A DNA stretch of 63,878 bases, the filler included, from an uncultured bacterium (GTDB lineage: Bacteria; Hinthialibacterota; Hinthialibacteria; Hinthialibacterales; Hinthialibacteraceae): NCBI GenBank assembly GCA_964449065.1. It is 4 parts of 4 records of this genome, joined end to end, with 100 filler letters (N's around TTAATTAATTAA, not from the genome) between each part and the next. Parts side by side here need not be neighbours in the genome. Positions count along the whole stretch, not along the records: positions 50,998 to 63,878 come from CAYVAZ010000137.1; 3 more parts are not named here. One strand, given 5' to 3'. A model generated the notes under the pieces. The model saw only the letters and a list, made by a program, of their open reading frames with translations. It made no database searches and was not told the origin of the DNA. This document shows positions 51,160 through 61,042 of this stretch, piece after piece. How positions within the stretch are numbered: the first letter of the stretch is position 1; each line of letters begins with the position of its first letter. The position numbers and the translations under genes were made by a program.

Positions 51160-51342
51160 TTAATTGTTGCCAAAATTTCTTTGTAGATTATCAAGGGACT
51201 GCGTGGAAATTGAGGTCGTTTCTTCCAACTGTAAGACTTGCTGTTCCAGAAGGGGGCAATCGTGCGCAGTGACATAGACCAGTGCGAAGGTAGAGTAACC
51301 GTTCGCTTTGTTAATCCCAGATTCATCAATAAATACAAGCAT
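51160..51342 (-). pseudogene. Truncated DUF3800-like gene
   Basis: N-terminal MLVFIDESG motif, but only 60 codons; the stop abuts a MITE-type arm (TAACTGACGTTACGCAA). Confidence 0.6.
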
Positions 51343-51421
51343 TTATTCTAATCCATGAGGGTGTTTTGTTTGGCTATGCAGAGATAGGATAACTCAAAAT
51401 CCTAAAGAATTGATTATTTTG

Positions 51422-52726
51422 ATGATGCCTCTCTCTTCCACCCCGCGCATTGCGTTTGTTGACCTGACCTTCAACTGGCCGCCCGTCGGCGGGTGCTGGG
51501 TGGATGCCCATCATGTGATGCGCGGGCTGCAAAAGCGCGGGGCGGCTGTTAAACTTTTTTGCCCCGATTTTCAAGAATACTACCCCCGCGGGGATGTGCG
51601 CGAGGATATGCCTTATCCCGTCGAAACCATCCCCTTTAACCGCTATACCTACAATTTTGCCCTCGTGCAAAAACGCTTCGCGAAAGCCATAAACGCTTTT
51701 GGCGCGGATTGTGTCTTTGTGATGGACGGCTATCACATGAAGAATCACATCCTCAGCGCGCTGGGGCCGGAACGCTGTTTTCTGCGCTTTTACGCTTATG
51801 AACTGATGTGCATTAACCTCCACTATTACCGCTATCACGAAAACCGCATCTGCGATCAAGGCTTTTTCGAAAACCCCAAAGAATGCGCGCGCTGCTGGTT
51901 CCGCCGCATGCCCGCCGCCGGACGCGCGGTGGAAATCTTGCTGGGCATTAAAGAGCGCCACCCCAAGCTGCACTTCTCGCAAGAATACCTGTTCAGCCTG
52001 GCGTTTACGAAATGGTATCAAAATAAACTTAAATCCAACTTTAAAGAGTTAGCCGGTGCCATCGTTTACAATTCGTTCATGCAGGAACGCTTGCAGCCAT
52101 ATGTGGACCGCATCCACATGATACCATCGGGCGTGGATGAAACGCTATTTACCCCTGGTAAGGGTGACAACGCTGATGATAAAGTACGAATATTTTTACC
52201 CGGCAGAGCCAATGATCCCTTAAAAGGGATGGACACACTCATCCAGGCCTGTGACCGATTGCGGGATGATGGCCTGCTGTTTGAAGTGCATTACACCGCC
52301 GCGATGGATTGCCCCTCGCGGCGCGATTGGCTCATCAACCGCGGCTGGGTCAACCAAAGCGAATTGGCAGCGCTGTATCATGAGATGGATATTTCCGTGG
52401 TACCCTCATTGTGGATCGAACCCTTCGGCATTACCGCGTTGGAAGGCATGTCGTGCGGAATTCCCGTCATCGCCAGCCGCATCGGCGGATTGGCGCATAC
52501 TATTGTGGATGGAGAAACCGGATACCACATCGAACCGGGCAGTGTGAATCAAATGGCGGATTCACTTCGGAAATTGATACAAGATCGTGAGCTGCGAAAA
52601 CGCTTGGGAGAAAACGGACGCCGCCGTGTGCTCGAACAATACGCATGGGATCGCATCTTGGAAAATCACTACATGCCCATGATTGAAAATTTCTTATCGA
52701 ATACGAATACACCCGTGCAACTATGA
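51422..52726 (+). CDS. Glycosyltransferase family 4
   Basis: WPPVGG, PGRANDPLKG and EPFGITALEGM; extra Cys cluster (MC..RIC..ECARC). Confidence 0.88.
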   Translation: MMPLSSTPRIAFVDLTFNWPPVGGCWVDAHHVMRGLQKRGAAVKLFCPDFQEYYPRGDVREDMPYPVETIPFNRYTYNFALVQKRFAKAINAFGADCVFVMDGYHMKNHILSALGPERCFLRFYAYELMCINLHYYRYHENRICDQGFFENPKECARCWFRRMPAAGRAVEILLGIKERHPKLHFSQEYLFSLAFTKWYQNKLKSNFKELAGAIVYNSFMQERLQPYVDRIHMIPSGVDETLFTPGKGDNADDKVRIFLPGRANDPLKGMDTLIQACDRLRDDGLLFEVHYTAAMDCPSRRDWLINRGWVNQSELAALYHEMDISVVPSLWIEPFGITALEGMSCGIPVIASRIGGLAHTIVDGETGYHIEPGSVNQMADSLRKLIQDRELRKRLGENGRRRVLEQYAWDRILENHYMPMIENFLSNTNTPVQL

Positions 52727-54033
52727 TGAATCAAACTCTTAATCGATGGCTGTGGGGAGCGTTGGGCTATACAGCGCTTTTTTTGATTGCCCCGTATTAC
52801 GGCTTGCGTATGCTGCTCAACGAGAAATACCGCATTGGTCTTCGTCAGCGTTTCTCGCTGTACCGCGGTGATGAAGTAGAGCGTATGAAAGAAGGAAAGT
52901 GTGTGTGGTTTCATACCGTCTCGGTTGGAGAATTACAAGCGGCAAGACCGTTGATTCGGACAGTAAAAGAACGCTTTCCCCAGTACAGAACATGGATCAC
53001 CACGGTTACGGAGAGCGGGCAAAACCTGGCCGAATCTTTGGATGAGGTGGATGGATGCTGCTATCTGCCGTTGGATATACCGGTGCTCTGCCGCCGGTTT
53101 GTTCACCGGTTAAGCCCAGTATGTTTGATCATCTTTGAAACCGAACTGTGGCCGAACTTGATCCATACAACCCGTCGTTATGATGTGCCGATCTTCATGG
53201 TAAACGGCAGGCTGTCCGACAAATCGCTTGGCAATTACCAAAAAGCGAAAGCCTTGTTTGCGCCCGTGCTGAGTTGTTTTCAGACAATTATGGTGCAAAG
53301 CGGCCAGGATCAAGAGCGCTTTCAAACGGTCGGAGCGAAATTACACCAAATTGTGGATACGGGTAACCTAAAATTTGAAGCGGCTAAACCGCAATCGGAT
53401 GGCGGCATTTCTTCCGATTGGCGTAACTTGTTGGGAATAAAGGATAATGATCTGTTGCTGGTTGCCGGGTCTACTTTTCCCGGCGAAGAATTATTGCTGA
53501 TTCAGTTGACAACGTCGATTCGCCAACAAGGCATGCCGTTGAAATTGGTGGTTGCACCGCGCCACATTGAACGAATCCCGGCAATCGGGAATGAATTGAA
53601 ACGCCATCAATTTGCCTATACATTGCGTTCCACCCTTCCAGCAAAAAAACCGTCCAACATCATTCTATTAGACACCATTGGGGAACTAAAAACGGTTTAC
53701 GCAGCAGCCGATATGGTGTTTATCGGCAAATCTCTTCTGGAAAAAGGCGGACAAAATCCGTTAGAGCCCGCATCATGGAGCAAACCCATCGTCTTCGGCC
53801 CAAACATGCAGAACTTTCGCGACATTGCCGCCATGTTGATCCAAGCGGGAAGCGCGGTGCAAATTCAAGATGCGGAGGAACTGAAAGCCGTTTTGATAGA
53901 TTGGTGCCAAAACCAAGAAACGCGCGAATCCATTGGAAAGAACGCGCTTCGGGTATTGACAGAAAATCAAGGCGCCCTCGAGCGCATTATGCGGGTGATC
54001 ACTCCAACACTGGAGAAGCACATTGCTGGTTGA
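52723..54033 (+). CDS. waaA: Kdo transferase
   Basis: WFHTVSVGE, ETELWPN, NGRLSDKS, GNLKFE, APRHIER and GGQNPLEPA. Confidence 0.96.
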   Translation: MMNQTLNRWLWGALGYTALFLIAPYYGLRMLLNEKYRIGLRQRFSLYRGDEVERMKEGKCVWFHTVSVGELQAARPLIRTVKERFPQYRTWITTVTESGQNLAESLDEVDGCCYLPLDIPVLCRRFVHRLSPVCLIIFETELWPNLIHTTRRYDVPIFMVNGRLSDKSLGNYQKAKALFAPVLSCFQTIMVQSGQDQERFQTVGAKLHQIVDTGNLKFEAAKPQSDGGISSDWRNLLGIKDNDLLLVAGSTFPGEELLLIQLTTSIRQQGMPLKLVVAPRHIERIPAIGNELKRHQFAYTLRSTLPAKKPSNIILLDTIGELKTVYAAADMVFIGKSLLEKGGQNPLEPASWSKPIVFGPNMQNFRDIAAMLIQAGSAVQIQDAEELKAVLIDWCQNQETRESIGKNALRVLTENQGALERIMRVITPTLEKHIAG

Positions 54034-55132
54034 GAATCCCAAACTTGTCAAATTGTGGAAAGACCTTGCCTATTACAATCGGGGCAAACTCTTGTGGTTC
54101 AGCCCGCTGTTCTGGCCGCTGAGCATACTATATGGGGAAATGCAAAGATTCCGCCGCGGCTTGTACAATTGGGGCATCATCCGGGGAGAAAACGTTGATG
54201 TTCCGGTAATTTCGGTCGGCAATCTCACCGTGGGCGGGGTAGGTAAGACACCGTTTGCCATCTATGCCGCACTGCATTTGAAAGAAATGGGATACAATCC
54301 CGCGATCCTGTTTCGCGGATACAAACGGCAGAGTGATGAAGCCGTTGTTCTCACTTCGGATACCTTCGATCACAAACGGATAATGGAGTATGGCGATGAA
54401 CCGGCCATGGTCTGTTTCACCGCCGGTATACCATGCGGGATTTATTCGGAGCGCAGCGTAACCGCCGCCAAGCTGATCGAAGAATACCAATGCGATGTGC
54501 TGTTGCTGGATGACGGCTTACAGCATCTGCAATTGCACCGCGATATCGACATTGTGCTGCTGGATGGAAATAATGCTGCCGGCAACCGGTGCTGTCTCCC
54601 CATGGGGCCATTGCGGGAACCGTTGAGTACCTTAAAAAGCGTCCATGCCGTCGTTTTTCGGGATGCCTCCCCTCTTGAAATTCTGCCGCAAGCCTTTGCC
54701 GGGCAGGTATTTGAAGGGCGTTTACATTGGACGGGAATCTGCCCGTTTGAAGACTGGAGGCGGCGCAACTACACTTCGGAAACCCCAATTAAAAGTTATC
54801 ATTCACAGTCTGTGATCTTGATATCGGGCATAGGAAACCCGGAACGCTTGGAACATCAGGCGGTTTTATACGGCTTGGATGTGCGGCACCATTTTGCCTA
54901 CCCGGATCATTATTGGATCACATGGAATGAAGTGATATCGGCGGGAGAAGCAGAGCCAACTCTGCCCATTCTTATAACGGAAAAAGATGCCATTCGTCTG
55001 GTGCGGTTTAAAACGGTACCGGTGCACGAAGCCGTGAATCACCTGTATGTGATCCGCGCGGCCTGGGATATGAATCAGCCCTTTGCGTTTTCGGATTGGC
55101 TCAAACAACGCTTACAAGAACGGTTGTCCTAA
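54023..55132 (+). CDS. lpxK: Tetraacyldisaccharide 4'-kinase
   Basis: SVGNLTVGGVGKTP, GDEP, LDDGLQH, PMGPLRE and ITEKDA. Confidence 0.96.
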   Translation: MLVENPKLVKLWKDLAYYNRGKLLWFSPLFWPLSILYGEMQRFRRGLYNWGIIRGENVDVPVISVGNLTVGGVGKTPFAIYAALHLKEMGYNPAILFRGYKRQSDEAVVLTSDTFDHKRIMEYGDEPAMVCFTAGIPCGIYSERSVTAAKLIEEYQCDVLLLDDGLQHLQLHRDIDIVLLDGNNAAGNRCCLPMGPLREPLSTLKSVHAVVFRDASPLEILPQAFAGQVFEGRLHWTGICPFEDWRRRNYTSETPIKSYHSQSVILISGIGNPERLEHQAVLYGLDVRHHFAYPDHYWITWNEVISAGEAEPTLPILITEKDAIRLVRFKTVPVHEAVNHLYVIRAAWDMNQPFAFSDWLKQRLQERLS

Positions 55133-55158
55133 TTGGTTTACCACCTTTGGAGAGCAGG

Positions 55159-56586
55159 ATGAACATCGAACATTGGGAGTCTCTATATCAATCCGCGCTG
55201 AAGCGGGGCCGGGAACGGCTGCTGGAATTGAAAGGCATTGCCTGCGCGTTCCACTCCGTCATCGATGGATTCATCAAACTCACCCCGGAATTGATTCGCC
55301 CGGTGCTGGACCAAAACCGCTCCCTCAAAAACGCCGCTCTCAATGGTGCCTCCGGCGACTATCCGGAAGAAATCCACACCCCCACCGATTTTATCACCGG
55401 GATGTTCTATTCGCTCAGCCGGGGGACCGCGCTGCAACTTATGATCCGGGATGAAGACACGTACAACTGGGCGCTGAATACCTTTGGTTCCGGTGAGTTG
55501 CGTTTGGGGGGGACTTCGGCAAATATGGCGCGTTCGCTGGCTCCTTTGGATATTCCCGTTACCTTATACGCGAACCCCCTAACCAAAGAATTGGCCGATT
55601 TATTTGGCGAAGACACCAAAATCAAGGTGATTACCAAACAAGACGGCGAATTTAAACTGAAATCTCCACAGGAAGCGGCCACCGGCGAAGGCATTTTCGC
55701 CATTCATTGGGTCTTTGATTACGCCGGTGATTTTGAACTCGATATCGACGGTACCTTAATCACCCCTGGACGCGCTAACCGCTATATTCCCTCATGGAAC
55801 CCCCGTAACAACCAGTTCGAACTGTGTGAAACCTTCAGCAAAGGGTTTTTAGAGCACATAGATGGTTATGATTATCTGCTGTTTTCCGGCTTTCATATCC
55901 TTTCCGATAAATATCCCGACGGCAGCACTTGCGAGGATGTGATCATTCCCCTCGCGGATTATCTGCAAAAGGTGCATCACGAAAAGCCGTCATTGCGGAT
56001 TCATTTAGAGATGGCTTCCATCGCGTCACCGCATGTGCGGGATACCATTCTGAAAATCATCGTTCCCAAAGTGCACAGCATCGGTTTGAATGAGATGGAA
56101 CTGCCGTTATTGTTGGAGAATTTGGATGAATACAAGGTCGCCCGGCAACTGCGGGAGGGTGCCGGTGCGCCGGACTTTTGCCAGGCTGTGAAATTATTTC
56201 AAGATTTAACCGGTTTACCCCGCGTTCATTTTCACAACTTGGGCTATTACATTTGCATGGAAGAGGATTTGGTTTCTACATTGCAAGATACCAGAGATTC
56301 GCTGTTATTCGCCGCTATGATGGCCGCGGCCCGTGCGAAAAACGGCTTGTATACCGAACCCGGTGATATCGATTCCGGCATTATAGAACCAATCAGCAAA
56401 ATGGGGTTGGAGCAGATTCAAAAACTTAGTGACGCCCTGAACCAGCCGGCCATTGCTGAAGAAGGCACCGGAGAAATGAACGGCAATAAGTTCGCCATCA
56501 TCCCCACCAAATTGGTGAACAATCCCCTCTTTACCGTTGGTTTAGGAGACGCTATATCCAGCGGCGCGTTCTTAACCGAAAGATAA
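55159..56586 (+). CDS. ADP-dependent glucokinase/phosphofructokinase family protein
   Basis: LRLGGTSANMA, RANRYI, FSGFH, IHLEMAS, HSIGLNEMEL, VHFHNLGYY and C-terminal TVGLGDAISSGAF. Confidence 0.88.
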   Translation: MNIEHWESLYQSALKRGRERLLELKGIACAFHSVIDGFIKLTPELIRPVLDQNRSLKNAALNGASGDYPEEIHTPTDFITGMFYSLSRGTALQLMIRDEDTYNWALNTFGSGELRLGGTSANMARSLAPLDIPVTLYANPLTKELADLFGEDTKIKVITKQDGEFKLKSPQEAATGEGIFAIHWVFDYAGDFELDIDGTLITPGRANRYIPSWNPRNNQFELCETFSKGFLEHIDGYDYLLFSGFHILSDKYPDGSTCEDVIIPLADYLQKVHHEKPSLRIHLEMASIASPHVRDTILKIIVPKVHSIGLNEMELPLLLENLDEYKVARQLREGAGAPDFCQAVKLFQDLTGLPRVHFHNLGYYICMEEDLVSTLQDTRDSLLFAAMMAAARAKNGLYTEPGDIDSGIIEPISKMGLEQIQKLSDALNQPAIAEEGTGEMNGNKFAIIPTKLVNNPLFTVGLGDAISSGAFLTER

Positions 56587-56633
56587 AGCCGCAAATTATA
56601 GAGCAAGGCTGTATCTTGCCCACCGGTATTTCG

Positions 56634-56740
56634 CTAGAGCATTTCAGATTTGCGTAGACGTTTTGTAGGGGCACATTGCAATGTGCCCCTACGACAAGTG
56701 CAATACCAATTCTCTGTCTATCTAACCTTGAATGGCTCTA
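56634..56740. mobile_element. MITE-like unit enclosing a perfect GTAG palindrome
   Basis: Arms TAGAGCATTTCA and TGAATGGCTCTA; inner GTAGGGGCACATTGCAATGTGCCCCTAC (56665-56692). Confidence 0.65.
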
Positions 56741-56789
56741 ATGATGGGCACAGATAGACCATGTCCATCCTGCCTAAAACGGAATTTCT

Positions 56790-57926
56790 TTATTCGGCAG
56801 AAAACGTATACACAATCTCATGTTCATAAACTTCATTCGGTCTTAACAGGGTGCTGGGAAAATGCGCCACGTTTGGCGTATCCGGGAAATGCTGTGTTTC
56901 CAAACAAAACGCCCCGTGTTGGCCATATACCTTACCGCCTTTGCCTTTGCGCTGCCCTTTGCCGTTGCTGGTATACAACTGCACCCCCGGCTGGGTTGTA
57001 GACACTTCCATCACCCGCCCGCTTTTTGGATCAACCGCTTTTGCCGCCAAGTGCAGCGTTCCGTCAAATTCGTTCAGCACAAAATTATGATCATACCCGT
57101 TGCCAATGACGATTTGCTCATAGTCTGAATCAATGCGTTCGCCGATTGCCGTGGGTTTTGTAAAGTCCAATGGAGTGCCTTCGACCTTTACTATCTCACC
57201 GGTTGGTATTAATCCATCATCAGCAGGGGTAAAGAAATCCGCGTTGATCATTAACTTCTGATCCAATATATCACCGCTGCCATGCCCTGCCAGATTGAAA
57301 TAACTGTGGTTGGTCAGGTTCACATGTGTGGGCTTGGTTGTTGTGGCGCGAAAAACGAGTTTCAGTTCATTTTCATTGGTCAAAATATACGTGGCGGTTA
57401 CTTCCACTTTCCCCGGATATCCTTCTTCGCCATCCGCGCTGGTATATGTCAACTTTACACCAACACCAATATCGAGCGCTACTTTTTCAGCATTCCACAC
57501 CACTTTATCAAAACCGACTTTGCCGCCATGCAGGTGGTTTAGACCGTTATTAGTGGCCAGCTCATAAGTATGGTCACCAATGGTAAACTTCCCTTTGGCG
57601 ATGCGGTTGCAGTAGCGCCCCACCAATGCGCCGTAAAAGGGATGCCCCGCCAGGTATTCCTCCAATGTATTAAAGCCCAAAACCACATCACCCATGTTGC
57701 CGTCACGGTCCGGCACATGGAGTTCCGTTATGATGCCGCCGTAGTTGGTAATTTTGACCACCATCCCGTTGTCATTGGTCAGGGTATAAAGATCGACGGT
57801 TTGCCCGTCTGCGGTTTTTCCCCAGTCTTCTTTTTTTACATCCATATCGGCATGGCTCACCACGTTAATTCCTCCTATACAAAGGCATAAAATCCACCCC
57901 AGGCATATTGTTTTGGCGTGAAACAT
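56790..57926 (-). CDS. galM: Aldose 1-epimerase (mutarotase) with signal peptide
   Basis: GRYCNRI, NHLHGG, NLTNHSYFNL, GYDHNF and FCLETQHFPD. Confidence 0.95.
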   Translation of the reverse strand: MFHAKTICLGWILCLCIGGINVVSHADMDVKKEDWGKTADGQTVDLYTLTNDNGMVVKITNYGGIITELHVPDRDGNMGDVVLGFNTLEEYLAGHPFYGALVGRYCNRIAKGKFTIGDHTYELATNNGLNHLHGGKVGFDKVVWNAEKVALDIGVGVKLTYTSADGEEGYPGKVEVTATYILTNENELKLVFRATTTKPTHVNLTNHSYFNLAGHGSGDILDQKLMINADFFTPADDGLIPTGEIVKVEGTPLDFTKPTAIGERIDSDYEQIVIGNGYDHNFVLNEFDGTLHLAAKAVDPKSGRVMEVSTTQPGVQLYTSNGKGQRKGKGGKVYGQHGAFCLETQHFPDTPNVAHFPSTLLRPNEVYEHEIVYTFSAE

Positions 57927-58045
57927 TGTACGTTCTCCTTTTGTAAGTTATTTGACATGCTAGTCACTTTATCAAATTTCCTGTATTGTGGCAACATTCA
58001 CTTACGTGTGCAGGCGGTGTGTAAGTATTTTTTCGATTGAGGTGT

Positions 58046-58906
58046 ATGATGTCAGAAGAGCGTGCCAAAGAAAAGTTTAATCAAGCGATGGATTTGTTTA
58101 TCGAAAAGCGCTATCAAGATGCAATTGATGCGTTCAAACAAGTGATTTACATACAACCGCATTTTTTTGAAGCCCTTTACAACCTGGCATGCTGCATGGC
58201 CGTGACCAATCAAAGAGATCAAGCCCTAATGTATTTGGGCCGAGCGTGTAACATTAACCCGGATTGCGCTTTGTGGGCCAAAGAAGACACTGAATTCGAA
58301 TCGTTCCACGGGAATGAGATGTTTAACAGTATTATCAATACAACCAATGAAAAAATGAATACCGAAAGCAAGGAGCCTCAAGTGAGTGGATTAACAGCAA
58401 TTGTTTCAACATCAAAAGGAGAAATCAATCTCAAACTATTTCCCGAAGAAGCGCCGTTAACCGTGGCCAATTTTGTGAACCTGGCCAATCGGGGATATTA
58501 CGATGGCCTGAAATTTCACCGTGTCATCGAAGATTTTATGATTCAGGGCGGCTGCCCCTTTGGTACGGGTACGGGCGGCCCCGGCTATCAATTTAAAGAT
58601 GAGTTCAACCCGTCTTTGCGTCACAATAAATCCGGGATTTTGTCTATGGCCAACGCAGGGCCGGGAACCAATGGCAGCCAGTTCTTTATTACGCATAAAG
58701 ATACGCCCTGGCTGGATGACAAACATACCGTGTTTGGGGAAGTTGTGAGCGAAAAAGACCAAGAAGTTGTGGATGCAATTGCACAAAATGATGAAATCAC
58801 ATCCGTCAAAATTCAGGGCGACGCCTCCGCGGTTTTACAACAAAACAAAGACCAGTTAAATGAGTGGAACAAAATCTTGGATAAGAAATTCTCGCACCTC
58901 AAGTGA
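58046..58906 (+). CDS. TPR-cyclophilin (peptidyl-prolyl isomerase) fusion
   Basis: N-terminal TPRs (ALYNLACC), then [32 protein letters not shown] and [10 protein letters not shown]. Confidence 0.92.
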   Translation: MMSEERAKEKFNQAMDLFIEKRYQDAIDAFKQVIYIQPHFFEALYNLACCMAVTNQRDQALMYLGRACNINPDCALWAKEDTEFESFHGNEMFNSIINTTNEKMNTESKEPQVSGLTAIVSTSKGEINLKLFPEEAPLTVANFVNLANRGYYDGLKFHRVIEDFMIQGGCPFGTGTGGPGYQFKDEFNPSLRHNKSGILSMANAGPGTNGSQFFITHKDTPWLDDKHTVFGEVVSEKDQEVVDAIAQNDEITSVKIQGDASAVLQQNKDQLNEWNKILDKKFSHLK

Positions 58907-59002
58907 TACCGTTTCCATTATCGTTTGATTGATTCTCCTTTTACTGCCGGTGCAATTTGAGATGGTGCAGGTCGAAAACGTTCTATTGTTTAGGTTTCTT
59001 GA

Positions 59003-60208
59003 TTACCCGGTTGTCGCGCGTGACGTTTCTTGATTTAAATACGCGCGGGATTGATGATGCCAAGCGACATTCGCCAAGTGCGGACCGCATACCGCGTGAT
59101 GTCCAACTTCAACGGGAGCGTTCGGCTCTTGGCGGGACTGGACGCAATCCAAGAAGTTTTGGGTATGCGGCGATGTCGGAATCCCCCCGGCAAAGTTCAT
59201 TTCCGGCTTAACACCCGGACTCCAATCGTTACCGTAAACCCTTGCTCCATGGCCATCGATCATCAACGTTCCATCCGTTCCTTGAAACTGGATTGACCAT
59301 CCGTTCTGATATTTGTTGGTGTAATTCAACGCCCAGGATGCGTGGAACGAACCATAGTCATAAGTGGAAGCAAATACATCCGGGGTTTCCGCGCCGTGCA
59401 TTTCAAACACCGATCCGTGGCAGTCGGCGGATTTTGGTGGACCGCTTTCCATAAACCACTGGATCACGTCCATCAAATGAGTGCCCTGGTCGGTGCAGTT
59501 GCCGCCGGAGAATGGCCAAAAGTAGCGCCAATAGCGGTATTTCATCGGCTCATACGCCACTCCGGTTTTGGGAAAACAGAATGTTTCCCAGTCCAGTTCC
59601 GCTTCCAATGGGGAGTTGTTCAGACGGCGCGACGCGGTCCAGTTCCACCAAGCTTTCACCATATAGACCGTTCCGATTTTTCCTTCCCGCACAACGTTTC
59701 GCGCCTTCATTACGGCATCCGAACTGCGGCGCTGCATGCCGATCTGCACGATTTGCTTGGTCTTGCGTACGTCATTCACGGTTCGGAAACCTTCTTCAAT
59801 CGAATTCGACATCGGCTTTTCACAATAGGCGTCTTTGCCGGCCTGCACGGAATGAATCAGCTGCACACAGTGTTGGTGTTCGGGGGTCGCAATCAACACA
59901 GCGTCAATATCTTTTTGTTCCAACAGGTCGCGGTAATCCTGATAGGTTTTGGTATTGCCGCCGAGCCGTTTGAGTGCTTCGTTCAAATTGGGGGGATAGA
60001 TTTCACACACCGCGTTGAACTCGGCACCTTGTTGGATCAGATTGCTCATAACCCCGCGGCCTCTGCCGCCGGCGCCGATGATTCCCATCACGATTTTGTC
60101 GTTGGCTCCGCGAACATTTTTTGCCGTGATAAAGGGGATCGATGCGAGGGTGGCCGCTTTGCCCGACCTTTCGATGAATGCACGGCGGTTTATGGGTGAT
60201 CCATTCAT
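59003..60208 (-). CDS. Gfo/Idh/MocA family oxidoreductase with Tat leader
   Basis: NRRAFI, GIIGAGGRG, YCEKP and DQGTHLMD. Confidence 0.92.
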   Translation of the reverse strand: MNGSPINRRAFIERSGKAATLASIPFITAKNVRGANDKIVMGIIGAGGRGRGVMSNLIQQGAEFNAVCEIYPPNLNEALKRLGGNTKTYQDYRDLLEQKDIDAVLIATPEHQHCVQLIHSVQAGKDAYCEKPMSNSIEEGFRTVNDVRKTKQIVQIGMQRRSSDAVMKARNVVREGKIGTVYMVKAWWNWTASRRLNNSPLEAELDWETFCFPKTGVAYEPMKYRYWRYFWPFSGGNCTDQGTHLMDVIQWFMESGPPKSADCHGSVFEMHGAETPDVFASTYDYGSFHASWALNYTNKYQNGWSIQFQGTDGTLMIDGHGARVYGNDWSPGVKPEMNFAGGIPTSPHTQNFLDCVQSRQEPNAPVEVGHHAVCGPHLANVAWHHQSRAYLNQETSRATTG

Positions 60209-60289
60209 GGTTGTCTCCTTATTCAACAGAATAACATTGCTTCATTAGAGTAAATCGGGAATAGGGAAATGGCAAGGACAAAAATAGAT

Positions 60290-60900
60290 TCTCATGTAAC
60301 TGATGTTCCGTATCCCTGGATATGTTCGTTATTCTGATCATTCTCTGCGTCTATCGCCTTTGCCCATTGGGAAAGGGACGGTGCGAGGGTTTATGGAAAC
60401 AATGACCTCTATGAATACCATTGCGTTATGGAAGCAATCGCTCTCTTCGCACCCCCTCTGTCCTCTTTGCGTCGGACATCTCCCCCAAATGCTTTGGGGG
60501 AGACAAAGGCTTTTGCGGGCTGAAATCTTGCGCCACATTTTTCAACCGCGAATGAACGCGAATGACAGTTGTGGTATTTTCAGTTCTTAGAGTTTTATAC
60601 CGGTTTTATTTCGGATTATCGGGGAAGGAAAGCGTGCCGCTGGCTCGGCGGGAGTCTTGTCCTTCTAGGGTTGCGCTTCGAGAGTGGGTGGGCTGCGTTG
60701 ATTCTTCAGAATCCCCCCTACCCCCCTTAATAAGGGGGGCAACAACGGCGGGTGCTTCTGGCTCGGCGGGAGTCTTGCCCTCCCGAAAAAACCGCTTTTT
60801 GTAAAACATTGTTTGGACGACTTCTTTGAAGTATATTCACATTGAGTTGGACTGATTGACGTACCGGCTGGAAGCCGGTGCTACCCACAACAAACATATC
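60290..60900. repeat. Dense cluster of REP-like hairpins
   Basis: TCTCCCCCAAATGCTTTGGGGGAGA, two GGCTCGGCGGGAG copies (60642, 60760), CCCCCCTTAATAAGGGGGG and ACCGGCTGGAAGCCGGTGCTACCC (60863). Confidence 0.75.
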
Positions 60901-61042
60901 GATGGCAAGTGCTTGACTAATTTTTTTGGGTAAACCTTAGCAAACTTGGGGGAGAAGATGTTGCGTTTTTAAGTTTAGTACCTTAAATCAATGACATTGG
61001 CAACGGGGGGGGCAGCCCCTGCAATCCAAAATAGAAACAGTA

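Noticed and set aside
60303..60809. Short ORFs in the 60.3-60.8 kb gap, and 23646-23858 and 38336-38575
   Set aside because: They are translations of REP/MITE sequence.
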